Part shown: one piece after another, positions 6,816-15,515 of the stretch
Numbering within the stretch: position 1 is the stretch's first letter
How the letters are laid out: every line of letters begins with the position of its first letter
NCBI GenBank assembly: GCA_031288595.1
Contig: JAITRB010000002.1
Span: 1-32,000, forward strand
Source of the DNA: Puniceicoccales bacterium
GTDB lineage: Bacteria > Verrucomicrobiota > Verrucomicrobiia > Opitutales > JAIRLG01
Length of the DNA stretch: 32,000 nt
Direction of reading: 5' to 3'
The notes under the pieces: model-generated
What the model saw: the letters and a program-made list of their open reading frames with translations, nothing else
Told to the model about the DNA's origin: nothing
The model's database searches: none
Translations under genes and position numbers: made by a program

Positions 6816-7574
6816 TCATGGTAAAGTCAAGATTTCCGGACGATTTTCCGTCACTAAAATCGTGTGTTCCACATGGACTGCCAGGGAATGATCGCGCGTC
6901 CGCACCGTCCAGCCATCCGGATCATTCTGGATATCGGCACTGCCTAGGGTGAACATCGGTTCGATGGCCAGGCTCATCCCCGGGCGCAATTTCACGCCCT
7001 TCTGAGATAGAGTATAGTTGGGAATCTGAGGCCCCTCATGCATCTCATGACCGATCCCATGGCCCACGAACTCGCGCACGATGCTGTAGCCCCCGCGAAG
7101 GGCCACCGCTTCAATCGCCGCTGAAATATCGTTCACGTAGTGACCGGCCAAGGCCTGTTGGATGCCGGCCATCAGCGCCTCTTCGGCCACCTGTATCAGG
7201 TGGTCGGCCGATGGCGAGACCTGGCCTACCCGAAAGGTCCTGGTATTGTCGCCGCAGAAATTTTTGTAGAATACGGCGAGGTCAATGCTGAGAATATCGC
7301 CTTCCCGAAGGATGATGTCCCTGGAAGGGATCCCATGGACGATGACATCGTTGAGCGAAAAACAGGCATAGCCCGGGTAGGGATTTTTTTTCGAGCCGTA
7401 GTGATAGGCGGCGCTGATGGCTCCCGCCTGCCCCATAAGCTCGCGGGTCACCTCATTCAGCTCAGCCGTTGAAATACCGGGGCGAATCCTTTCGCCTACA
7501 CTCCGCAGAAGCTTGGCTGCCACCCGACCCGCCTCCCGCATGCCCTGGCGCTCGCGATTGTTTCTGCAGATCAT
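6816..7574 (-). CDS. map: Type I methionine aminopeptidase
   Basis: 252 aa with VIVHGIPS, DxxxD-type metal ligand region, FVGHGIGHEMHE and LAIEPM motifs. It sits immediately after secY. Confidence 0.95.
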   Translation of the reverse strand: MICRNNRERQGMREAGRVAAKLLRSVGERIRPGISTAELNEVTRELMGQAGAISAAYHYGSKKNPYPGYACFSLNDVIVHGIPSRDIILREGDILSIDLAVFYKNFCGDNTRTFRVGQVSPSADHLIQVAEEALMAGIQQALAGHYVNDISAAIEAVALRGGYSIVREFVGHGIGHEMHEGPQIPNYTLSQKGVKLRPGMSLAIEPMFTLGSADIQNDPDGWTVRTRDHSLAVHVEHTILVTENRPEILTLP

Positions 7575-7577
7575 CGC

Positions 7578-9080
7578 TCAGCGGCCAGCCCAGCGACAAA
7601 TCGCCCAGGCCAGAGAGCCTGCGGCCGCAAGTATGGCCAGAAATATCCACAGCGATTTTACCGCTTTCAGCGAAGCGAGCAGTTCACTCCATCGTTTGGG
7701 CGAGGCCTTGCCCCGTGCCTTGCCCTTTTGCAGGAACCCGTCGTACTGCTTCTCCAGTAAATGCGTTTCCATCTGCTTCATCGTTTCCAGAATAACGCCC
7801 ACAGCGATCAGGGTTCCGGTACCTCCAAAGAACATCGCCACGGTGTAAGGAATTCTGAACGAGAAGTAGAGAAAATCGGGGAAAAGGGCGATGACGGTCA
7901 GAAAGATCGCACCGGCCAGGGTCAAGCGGGTCATGATGAAATCCAGAAACTCAGCGGTGGCGGAGCCCGGACGCACCCCCGGGATATACCCCCCGTTCTT
8001 CTTCAGATCATCCGCAATTTGGGTCGGGCGAAACATGATGGAGACCCAGAAGTAGCTGAATCCCAGGATCATGCTGCCATAGCTCAGATAATAGAACCAG
8101 GAGCCGTGCATCAGGATATAGGAGAGGCGCTGGAAGAGCGTCACGCCTGTCGCAGCCCCTAGATAGGCGAATATCTGCTGCGGGAAGAGCAGAATCGCGC
8201 TGGCAAAAATCACTGGCATAACGCCGGCGTAATTCACCTTCAAGGGCAAAAACGAGACCTGCCCGCCGTAGACCTTATGCCCTATGATGCGCTTGGCATA
8301 CTGAATGGGGATCTTCCGCGTGGCCTGGGTCATGGCGATCATGGCCGCCATCACCGCCAGCAGCAGTGCGAGCATAAGCACCGCCTGAAACAGTCCATAT
8401 TGCGGGCCTTCCACTCCGATCGGCTGATGGAACATCGCCCAGGTCTGAGAAATGGCTCGCGGCAGAGAGGAGAGGATACCGACCGTGATCAAAAGCGAGA
8501 TGCCATTCCCCACCCCATTCTGGGTAATGCGATCCCCCAACCAGGTCAAGATCATCGTACCAGCTGTCAGAAAAATGGTCGAATTGATCAGGAACCAGCT
8601 ATGGCTCATGACGACGATTTCGCCATACAGCTCCTTATTGAAGCCGGTGAATAATTTTTCCGGATAATTCATCAGGGCCAACACCAGCAAAATTCCCTGG
8701 ATGAGGCAGATAAGAACGGTTAGGTAGCGGGTATACTGGGCGATGCGCTGACGCCCATTCTGCTCCTTCTGCACCCGCGCCAAGGTCGGCATTACCGCCG
8801 ACATCAATTGCAGGATGATCGAGGCGCTGATATAGGGCATGACCCCAAGGCCAAAGATGGCGCCTTTCAGAAAAGCCCCACCGGTGAACATGTTATAGAG
8901 ACCGATCAGACTGGAGGTATTACCCGCCTGGGTCGCGAAGAAATCGTGCAGCGGTTTGGGATCGAGGCCGGGTAGGGGGATGCTCGCGCCGACACGGGCT
9001 ACGAAGAGCAGCGACAGCGTGAACAAAATTTTACGCCGCAGGTCGGGCACTCGAATACAATCCACAAAGGCCGACAACAT
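7578..9080 (-). CDS. secY: Preprotein translocase subunit SecY, with a roughly 47-aa C-terminal extension containing an extra hydrophobic segment
   Basis: 500 aa with GVMPYISASIILQLM and the multi-helix pattern typical of SecY. The normal C-terminal region (...EKQYDGFLQKG) is followed by KARGKASPKRWSELLASLKAVKSLWIFLAILAAAGSLAWAICRWAGR. Confidence 0.95.
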   Translation of the reverse strand: MLSAFVDCIRVPDLRRKILFTLSLLFVARVGASIPLPGLDPKPLHDFFATQAGNTSSLIGLYNMFTGGAFLKGAIFGLGVMPYISASIILQLMSAVMPTLARVQKEQNGRQRIAQYTRYLTVLICLIQGILLVLALMNYPEKLFTGFNKELYGEIVVMSHSWFLINSTIFLTAGTMILTWLGDRITQNGVGNGISLLITVGILSSLPRAISQTWAMFHQPIGVEGPQYGLFQAVLMLALLLAVMAAMIAMTQATRKIPIQYAKRIIGHKVYGGQVSFLPLKVNYAGVMPVIFASAILLFPQQIFAYLGAATGVTLFQRLSYILMHGSWFYYLSYGSMILGFSYFWVSIMFRPTQIADDLKKNGGYIPGVRPGSATAEFLDFIMTRLTLAGAIFLTVIALFPDFLYFSFRIPYTVAMFFGGTGTLIAVGVILETMKQMETHLLEKQYDGFLQKGKARGKASPKRWSELLASLKAVKSLWIFLAILAAAGSLAWAICRWAGR

Positions 9081-9086
9081 CCCCTG

Positions 9087-9725
9087 CTATTCCTCCGGTT
9101 GTTCCTGAGCTTTGGGGGCCAGTGCCTGCTCGGCTGGTGCCTTTTTCTTCGGAGTCCCTTCCTGCGAGGCAGCTTCCGAGAGCGATTCCTCTGGCTTCGG
9201 ACTCCCAGAAACCCTCTTCCTCGCCGCAGACCTCTTCTGCTCGGCCACTCCCCCTTCCGGTGCAATATCTTTCACCTCCGGTTTGGGGCTCAACTCCTGA
9301 ACTTCCCCGCCGGCGGCCAAAATTTTCGCCTTTGCGGCGCGCGAAAAGCGGTCCGCCACCACTTTACAGGGGCGATCCCAATCCCCTTCACCGAGAATCT
9401 TGACGAAGCGTGCGCTGGTCGACAGAATGCCCTTTTCGACCAGTACTTGGCGGTCGATGAGCTCCACTTCACCACAGCGAGCCAAGTCCTTTAGATTTGC
9501 ATAACCCTCGCCCAGAGCTGAGCGAGGATGTTTAAAGCCACGCTTTGGCAGGCGGCGATAGAAGGGGATACCGGAGGCGATAGGGGAGGGGGTATAACCT
9601 GCCCGCGCCTTGCCGCCCTTGTGACCGCGGCCACTCGTCTGTCCCAGACCGGAACCGCCTCCGCGGCCGACGCGTTTGCGCGCTTTGCCGGAATTCTTTC
9701 CGCGAATCAAGGTGTGCAATTTCAT
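9087..9725 (-). CDS. rplO: 50S ribosomal protein L15 with a roughly 67-aa Pro/Glu/Lys/Ala-rich C-terminal tail
   Basis: N-terminal GRGGGSGLGQTSGRGHKGGKARAG and the L15 core run to ...AKILAAGGEVQEL. A low-complexity tail follows. Position between rpsE and secY. Confidence 0.94.
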   Translation of the reverse strand: MKLHTLIRGKNSGKARKRVGRGGGSGLGQTSGRGHKGGKARAGYTPSPIASGIPFYRRLPKRGFKHPRSALGEGYANLKDLARCGEVELIDRQVLVEKGILSTSARFVKILGEGDWDRPCKVVADRFSRAAKAKILAAGGEVQELSPKPEVKDIAPEGGVAEQKRSAARKRVSGSPKPEESLSEAASQEGTPKKKAPAEQALAPKAQEQPEE

Positions 9726-9736
9726 CGTCTGCAGTA

Positions 9737-10294
9737 TTAATGAACCCCATCCGGCACAGCACAGCGCAGGGCCTGCACCTGCTCCAGCGTCCTCAACTGA
9801 GAAAGGGCGTTCAGGGTCGCATGGACCACCGAAGCTGGATTACTGGAGCCCAGGGATTTGGAAAGAATATTTTTCACGCCGAGCACCTCCAGTACATGGC
9901 GTACGCTGCCCCCCGCGATGACGCCGGTTCCCGGGGAAGCGGGCCTCAAAATAACCCGTCCGCCATCAGCCCGACCCTCCACACTGTGCGGGATCGTGGC
10001 CTCCCGAAGCGCATAGGCGCGCAGATTCTGCTTCGCCCGCTCCGTCGCTTTGCGCACCGCATCGCTCACCTCCTTGGACTTACCTTTACCTAGGCCTGCC
10101 CGACCGGCCCGGTCGCCCACCACTACCAGGGCCGAGAAATTAAAACGCCGGCCACCCTTCACCACTTTGGCACAGCGATTGATATGAATCAGCTTATCTA
10201 CCAGTTTACCGGCTTCCCGTTCCCGAGGGACTCGACGATCGACCCTTTCCCGTCGCCGCCGTTCCCGTCCTCCACTACCCTGTTCATTCATCAT
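9737..10294 (-). CDS. rpsE: 30S ribosomal protein S5
   Basis: KVVKGGRRFNFSALVVVGD and GTGVIAGGSVR motifs, 185 aa. Confidence 0.96.
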   Translation of the reverse strand: MMNEQGSGGRERRRRERVDRRVPREREAGKLVDKLIHINRCAKVVKGGRRFNFSALVVVGDRAGRAGLGKGKSKEVSDAVRKATERAKQNLRAYALREATIPHSVEGRADGGRVILRPASPGTGVIAGGSVRHVLEVLGVKNILSKSLGSSNPASVVHATLNALSQLRTLEQVQALRCAVPDGVH

Positions 10295-10316
10295 AGAAGC
10301 TCAGTCATTTCGGGTA

Positions 10317-10679
10317 TTAAAAATCGAGACCCGCCTCGCGGGCCGCATCGGCAAATGCGCACAGTACGCCGTGATACCGACGTTCCCCACGGTCAAAGAT
10401 CACCTTTGAAATGCCACAGGCAATGGCCCTTTTACCGAATGCCTCTCCCAGGATCTTGGCCCCCGCCTGGTTGGCCTTCAAAGCCTGCTCCCGCAGTACC
10501 TTATCCAAAGTCGACAGAGCTACCAGCGTACGCCCCTGAATATCATCGATGCACTGGGCGTAGCCATGCCTATGGCTGAAATGCAGCGATAAGCGCGGCC
10601 GCTCAGCGCTCCCCTCGATCCGGCGTCTCACCCGCCAACGGCGCCGTTGTGCGATACACTGCTTATCTTCCAATTTCAT
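10317..10679 (-). CDS. rplR: 50S ribosomal protein L18
   Basis: RPRLSLHFSHRHGYAQCIDD...FDRGERRYHGVLCAFADAAREAGLDF, 120 aa. Confidence 0.96.
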   Translation of the reverse strand: MKLEDKQCIAQRRRWRVRRRIEGSAERPRLSLHFSHRHGYAQCIDDIQGRTLVALSTLDKVLREQALKANQAGAKILGEAFGKRAIACGISKVIFDRGERRYHGVLCAFADAAREAGLDF

Positions 10680-10717
10680 GAAAAAGTTTCCCGATATTAA
10701 TCATTTTCGCAAGCATT

Positions 10718-11254
10718 CTAGGCCGTCTTCTTGCCCTCCTTGTGCCGAACGAATTCACCCACAATCCTCACACCCTTGCCCTTGTAGGGCTCCACCGGAT
10801 AGAAATGCTTGATGTCCGCAGCCACCTGCCCCACCAGGAATTTACTCGGGCTTTCGACGCGAATCTTCGTCGACTCCGACACATTCACCGTCACGTTAGA
10901 CGGAATCTCGTAGCGAATGGGATGGGAGTAGCCGAGGTTCAGGTCGAGCATGTGGGCATTCACCGTGGCCTTGAAGCCGACACCCACGATTTCCAGTTCT
11001 TTGAAAAAGGGCTCCTGCACCCCCCGAATCATGGAGCGAATGATGGAGGCCGCCGTGCCATGCATCGCCCGAGCAAGACGGCTGTGTCCCCTAGGCCTTA
11101 CCCAAATCTGCTTTCCGTCAGCCTCGATACTCACGGCCTCGGCGAATGCCTGTTCCAGCCTGCCCTTTGGCCCCTCAACCACCACCTTCGTTTCCTCGAT
11201 ACCGACCTTCACGGAAGGAGGGATTTCCAGAGGGGACTTTCCAATTCTGCTCAT
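10718..11254 (-). CDS. rplF: 50S ribosomal protein L6
   Basis: MSRIGKSPLEIPPSVKV..., 178 aa, two-domain L6 pattern. Confidence 0.96.
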   Translation of the reverse strand: MSRIGKSPLEIPPSVKVGIEETKVVVEGPKGRLEQAFAEAVSIEADGKQIWVRPRGHSRLARAMHGTAASIIRSMIRGVQEPFFKELEIVGVGFKATVNAHMLDLNLGYSHPIRYEIPSNVTVNVSESTKIRVESPSKFLVGQVAADIKHFYPVEPYKGKGVRIVGEFVRHKEGKKTA

Positions 11255-11268
11255 GTTTCAACTCCAGA

Positions 11269-11658
11269 TCACCAGACCTTGCAGAGCAGCTCTCCCCCAA
11301 CGTTCTGCTTCCGCGCCTCCGCTCCTTTCAACACCCCATGTGAAGTGCTCAGAATCGCCGTTCCCAAGCCGCCCAGTATCCGAGGGATGCGCTCGCGGCT
11401 GCAGTAGAGACGACAACCTGGCCGGCTACAGCGCTCGATGCCCACCAGGGCGGAATTGCCCTGAACGTATTTCAAGAAAATTGAAAAGTGGCGGTGATGG
11501 CGCTCATCCTCATCCACTTTGAAGTCGGCTATGTAGCCCTCGTCCCTCAAAATTCTCAGAATTCCCTCCCGCAACTTGGAGGCCGGCGCACAGCAGGCCA
11601 ATTTTTTGGCCCGACTTGCGTTGCGCAAAATACTCAAAAAATCTCCGACACTGTCCAT
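11269..11658 (-). CDS. rpsH: 30S ribosomal protein S8
   Basis: DSVGDFLSILRNASRAKK...GGELLCKVW, 129 aa. Confidence 0.96.
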   Translation of the reverse strand: MDSVGDFLSILRNASRAKKLACCAPASKLREGILRILRDEGYIADFKVDEDERHHRHFSIFLKYVQGNSALVGIERCSRPGCRLYCSRERIPRILGGLGTAILSTSHGVLKGAEARKQNVGGELLCKVW

Positions 11659-11667
11659 ATCACCTGC

Positions 11668-11973
11668 TCACCAGGATGCCTTTATTACCCCGGGCAATTT
11701 CCCAAAGGCGACCATTTCCCGTAACTGGATGCGAGAAACTCCAAAGCGACCGAAGTAGGCCCGACCGCGGCCGGTGATGGCACAGCGATGGCGCACCCGC
11801 ACCGGCGATGCGTCACGGGGCAGCTCGGACAGGCCCCGTCTAGCGGCAAAAAATGCCTCGTCCGTCGTCTCCGGATTCCGCAGGGTATCCTTTAATTCCT
11901 TACGGCGCTCCGCATAACGGGTGACCATCGCCTCCCGCTTCAAATTCCGCACTATCACCGATTTCTTTGCCAT
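11668..11973 (-). CDS. rpsN: 30S ribosomal protein S14 (long form; the N-terminal CxxC pair of the short zinc-binding form is absent)
   Basis: MAKKSVIVRNLKREAMVTRYAERR...GKLPGVIKASW. ATG at 11973 is preceded by GGAGAAC. The track ORF starts 9 nt upstream at a TTG. Confidence 0.93.
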   Translation of the reverse strand: MAKKSVIVRNLKREAMVTRYAERRKELKDTLRNPETTDEAFFAARRGLSELPRDASPVRVRHRCAITGRGRAYFGRFGVSRIQLREMVAFGKLPGVIKASW

Positions 11974-12000
11974 GTTCTCCAAAAAAATTCGTCCGCCCTC

Positions 12001-12552
12001 TCACTTCATCCGGAACGGTGCCCCCATGAGCCTCAAGAACTCCAGCGCCTCTGCATCCGTCTTGGCCGAAGTGACCACCGTGACATCCATACCGACATTC
12101 TTTTTTCGCTCGTGATCAATACTTATTTCCGGGAAAATCGTATGGTCGACGACCCCAAGGGTGTAATTGCCCCGTCCGTCGAACTTAGCCGACAGTCCCC
12201 GGAAGTCCCGAGAAACTGGCAGCGCGATATTCACCAACCGCGACCAGAACTCGTACATCTGGCGGCCGCGCAGCGTGACTTTCACCCCATTCGGCATGCC
12301 TTTCCGCAGTTTGAAATTGGAAATACTCTGGCGGGCCCGCACGATGATGGGTTTCTGGGCCGCGATGAGACCGACATCCTTCTCCACCTCCGCTATCCAA
12401 GACTTCTCACTGTCAGCACTCAGGGCAGAATTGATGACGATTTTTTCCAGCCAGGGTACCTGGTGACGGTTCTTGTAGCCGAATTTTTCCCGCAGCGCTG
12501 GCACGACCTTCTGCTCGTAGTGCTCCTTCATCGCCGACTTCACCGCTTCCAT
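12001..12552 (-). CDS. rplE: 50S ribosomal protein L5
   Basis: 183 aa with ...KEHYEQKVVPALREKFGYKN...ITLGVVDHTIFPEI. Confidence 0.96.
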   Translation of the reverse strand: MEAVKSAMKEHYEQKVVPALREKFGYKNRHQVPWLEKIVINSALSADSEKSWIAEVEKDVGLIAAQKPIIVRARQSISNFKLRKGMPNGVKVTLRGRQMYEFWSRLVNIALPVSRDFRGLSAKFDGRGNYTLGVVDHTIFPEISIDHERKKNVGMDVTVVTSAKTDAEALEFLRLMGAPFRMK

Positions 12553-12578
12553 GTTCGCTTTCTCCTCGATTCACCGCT

Positions 12579-12869
12579 TCACAACCCCTCTTCACCAGGC
12601 GACAGCTCCGACCTCTGCCCTCGAGCGGCCGTTCTCGCCTCGAAATGGGACAACAGCATCACATTGGAGTAATGCACACTGCCTTCTTTTTCGATAATGG
12701 CACCCTCCGGATATTCCCGTGACTTCTTTATGTGGCGCTTATGCATCGCCACGCCTTCCACGACGACCCGACAACGCTCCCTCAGCACGCTCAGAACTTT
12801 CCCCCGCTTGCCCCTATGAGCACCGGAAATCACTACCACCTCATCGTCCCGCTTAATCCTGTACTTCAT
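12579..12869 (-). CDS. rplX: 50S ribosomal protein L24
   Basis: KOW motif [21 protein letters not shown], 96 aa. ATGA overlap with the rplN stop. Confidence 0.95.
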   Translation of the reverse strand: MKYRIKRDDEVVVISGAHRGKRGKVLSVLRERCRVVVEGVAMHKRHIKKSREYPEGAIIEKEGSVHYSNVMLLSHFEARTAARGQRSELSPGEEGL

Positions 12870-13231
12870 AAGACCTCCGGCGCCAAGGACAGGATTTTCG
12901 TAAAGTTCTTCCGGCGCAATTCCCGAGCTACGGGTCCGAAAATACGCGTTCCCTTCGGATTGCCCTTGTCATCGATGATGACGCAGGCATTGGAGTCAAA
13001 GCGCAGCACACTACCATCCGCTCGCCGAATGGGGGCCCTCGTACGTACCACCACGGCCCGAGCCACACTGCCCTTCTTTACCGCTGCATCCGGTGTGCTC
13101 CTCTTGACCGCCACCACGATCACATCGCCCACCGAAGCCGTATCTGTTATCTGCCCCAGACGGCGAATCATCATCGCCTTCCGGGCGCCGGTATTGTCGG
13201 CCACTTCGAGCAAGCTCTGCTGTTGCAACAT
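12866..13231 (-). CDS. rplN: 50S ribosomal protein L14
   Basis: [18 protein letters not shown]...FGPVARELR, 121 aa. Confidence 0.97.
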   Translation of the reverse strand: MLQQQSLLEVADNTGARKAMMIRRLGQITDTASVGDVIVVAVKRSTPDAAVKKGSVARAVVVRTRAPIRRADGSVLRFDSNACVIIDDKGNPKGTRIFGPVARELRRKNFTKILSLAPEVL

Positions 13232-13233
13232 GC

Positions 13234-13545
13234 CTAAATCTCCTCCGCTTTCTCCGCTCTCGGCGTTCTCGCCAGTATTCGCACCACTCGCCAGCGCTTG
13301 AGATGGCTCAATGGACGGGTTTCCATCAATTCCACTTTATCCCCACACTGGCATTCGTTATTCGCGTCATGGGCGTGCAGCACTGTCCGGCGTCGCATCT
13401 CCTTCTTATAGAGCGGATGAGGGGCCTTGTAGGCATAGGACAACTTCACCGTTTTATCCCCGCTGCGCCCGATGACCACCGCCACCAGCGCCTTCCGCCG
13501 ACTCCTCGGTTTTTCCTCAGTTCTCACTCCTGTCTCTTCACTCAT
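13234..13545 (-). CDS. rpsQ: 30S ribosomal protein S17
   Basis: ...[35 protein letters not shown]...[13 protein letters not shown]. The ATG at 13545 sits 7 nt after AGGA. A GTG one codon upstream (13548) is an alternative start. Confidence 0.92.
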   Translation of the reverse strand: MSEETGVRTEEKPRSRRKALVAVVIGRSGDKTVKLSYAYKAPHPLYKKEMRRRTVLHAHDANNECQCGDKVELMETRPLSHLKRWRVVRILARTPRAEKAEEI

Positions 13546-13554
13546 CACTCATTC

Positions 13555-13788
13555 CTACTTGTCGATCCTGTCCCCCATCTTCCCCATTTCCTTTTCCCTC
13601 ATCCTGGAAAAGGTTTCCAGGCGGGCGATTTCCTTTCGCAGGGCCCGCAGCAGGTGCGGTTTACCGGACGTGCCCAGGCGCCTCTTCAGACGTAAGTCCA
13701 AAAGCTCGTCCCGGGCCTGCTTCAGGCGCTCGCCCAACTCTCGCAAATCCAAATTCTTAAGTTCTGTCGTCACTGCAGGATTCCTCAT
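13555..13788 (-). CDS. rpmC: 50S ribosomal protein L29
   Basis: [25 protein letters not shown], 77 aa. ATGA overlap with the rplP stop. Confidence 0.93.
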   Translation of the reverse strand: MRNPAVTTELKNLDLRELGERLKQARDELLDLRLKRRLGTSGKPHLLRALRKEIARLETFSRMREKEMGKMGDRIDK

Positions 13789-14201
13789 TCTCCTTGGCTG
13801 ATGAATCGGCAGCGAAAAGGAAGTTTCCTATCCGCTAGACGCATCGCCTCTCGGGCCACCGTCGCCGACACACCGGAGAGCTCGAACAACACGCGGCCTG
13901 GTTTGATTACCGAGACCCAGTACTCGACGGGACCCTTGCCCTTGCCCATGCGGGTTTCGGCTGGCTTTTTCGTGACCGGTTTATGGGGAAAAATGCGCAC
14001 CCACATCTTGCCCTTGCGCTTGAGATGGCGGTTAATCGCAACGCGGGCCGCCTCGATCTGAGACGAGCTCATTTGCCCTCGCGCTAGAGCCTGGATGCCA
14101 AAATCACCGAAGGACAACGCATCACCGCCCTTGGCATGGCCGCGATTTCGGCCTTTGAAAACCTTGCGGAACTTCGTTTTGGCGGGTGACAGCTTGGCCA
14201 T
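13785..14201 (-). CDS. rplP: 50S ribosomal protein L16
   Basis: [26 protein letters not shown]...[13 protein letters not shown], 138 aa. Confidence 0.97.
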   Translation of the reverse strand: MAKLSPAKTKFRKVFKGRNRGHAKGGDALSFGDFGIQALARGQMSSSQIEAARVAINRHLKRKGKMWVRIFPHKPVTKKPAETRMGKGKGPVEYWVSVIKPGRVLFELSGVSATVAREAMRLADRKLPFRCRFISQGE

Positions 14202-14221
14202 ACCGATGCATTATTAAAGTC

Positions 14222-14860
14222 TCAAGAGACAGACTTCCCCTCCCGTGGATGGCAAATCCAGCACTTCACGCCGATGACCCCATAGACGGTCTTCGCCTCT
14301 ATAAAGCCGTAATCGATATTCTCCTTCAAAGTGTGCAGAGGGACCCGACCGGCCCGCTGAGATTCCGTCCGTGCGATTTCCGCACCGCCCAAGCGACCGG
14401 AACATTGGACCCGAATACCCTCAGCGCCCAGGGCCATGGAGGTCTGAATCGCCTTCTTCAGCACGCGGCGGAAGGACATTCGGCGTTCCAACTGGGCTGC
14501 GATATTACTGGCTACCAGTGAAGCCTCTAAATCCGGCTGTCGCACCTCCTCCACATCCACCAAAACCTCGTGCCCGACCGCTTTCCGAAGCCCCTCCGTC
14601 AGTTTTTCCAAATCCTGCCCCCGACGGCCGATGATCAGGCCGGGACGGGCTGAATGCACCTTCACCCGCACGCGGCCCCCTGCTCGCTCGATGAATGTCT
14701 TTGAGCAGGAGGCGGATTTAAGCTTTTGGTTCAAAAAATGGCGAATGATATGATCTTCCTTCAGGAAGGAGGCATAACTCTTCTTGTCCGCAAACCAACG
14801 GGATTCCCAGTCCCGACGAACCGAGAGGCGTAGCGCGATCGGATTGGCCTTCTGTCCCAT
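14222..14860 (-). CDS. rpsC: 30S ribosomal protein S3
   Basis: Canonical start MGQKANPIALRL at ATG 14860 (verified), with a KH domain and GRLGGAEIARTE. The track ORF's upstream 78 aa overlap rplV and were trimmed. Confidence 0.95.
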   Translation of the reverse strand: MGQKANPIALRLSVRRDWESRWFADKKSYASFLKEDHIIRHFLNQKLKSASCSKTFIERAGGRVRVKVHSARPGLIIGRRGQDLEKLTEGLRKAVGHEVLVDVEEVRQPDLEASLVASNIAAQLERRMSFRRVLKKAIQTSMALGAEGIRVQCSGRLGGAEIARTESQRAGRVPLHTLKENIDYGFIEAKTVYGVIGVKCWICHPREGKSVS

Positions 14861-14862
14861 TT

Positions 14863-15231
14863 TCAATCCTCCAACTTCTCCGCAAGCACGAAGCGAATCC
14901 GACTCGATCTCCTGCGAATCGGGTGGGCAGAACCCCGTGCCGCCGGTATGAAGCGCTTCATCACCAAGCCCTGTTCGACGACCGCCTCCTTGATCCACAG
15001 ATCGCGGCCGCTGAGCCCTCGGACATCGGCATTGGCCATCGCACTGCGCAAGGTCTTTGCCGCATAAAAAGCCGACTTTCTCGGAATAAGGCACAGGTAA
15101 TCCAGGGCTTCACCGGCCAAGCGTCCCGGAAGACAGCGCACCACCTCCCGAACCTTTTTCGGCGACATGCGCACCTGTCGCGCCAATGCCCGTGCCGCGA
15201 TGATACCTGTATCCTCTTTAGCCGTCCTCAT
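14863..15231 (-). CDS. rplV: 50S ribosomal protein L22
   Basis: [14 protein letters not shown]...[25 protein letters not shown], 122 aa. ATGA overlap with the rpsS stop. Confidence 0.95.
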   Translation of the reverse strand: MRTAKEDTGIIAARALARQVRMSPKKVREVVRCLPGRLAGEALDYLCLIPRKSAFYAAKTLRSAMANADVRGLSGRDLWIKEAVVEQGLVMKRFIPAARGSAHPIRRRSSRIRFVLAEKLED

Positions 15232-15503
15232 GATGCCTTTTGCGTATGCGGGTTATGTGCCTTGAAGCTGCGGGTCAATGAAAATTCACCCAACTTATGC
15301 CCCACCATGTTCTCCGTTACGAAGACATCGTGAAAAATCTTCCCATTGTGTACCTGGAAGGTCAGGCCGACGAATTCCGGAGTAATGGTCGAGCGGCGCG
15401 ACCAGGTCTTAATCGGCTTGCGGGAATTCGTCTTCTGGGCCCGATCGACCTTGTCCATCAGGCTGACATCGACAAAAAATCCCTTTTTCGCAGAACGAGC
15501 CAT
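15228..15503 (-). CDS. rpsS: 30S ribosomal protein S19
   Basis: [12 protein letters not shown]...[29 protein letters not shown], 91 aa. Confidence 0.97.
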   Translation of the reverse strand: MARSAKKGFFVDVSLMDKVDRAQKTNSRKPIKTWSRRSTITPEFVGLTFQVHNGKIFHDVFVTENMVGHKLGEFSLTRSFKAHNPHTQKAS

Positions 15504-15515
15504 AATTTAAATCTT

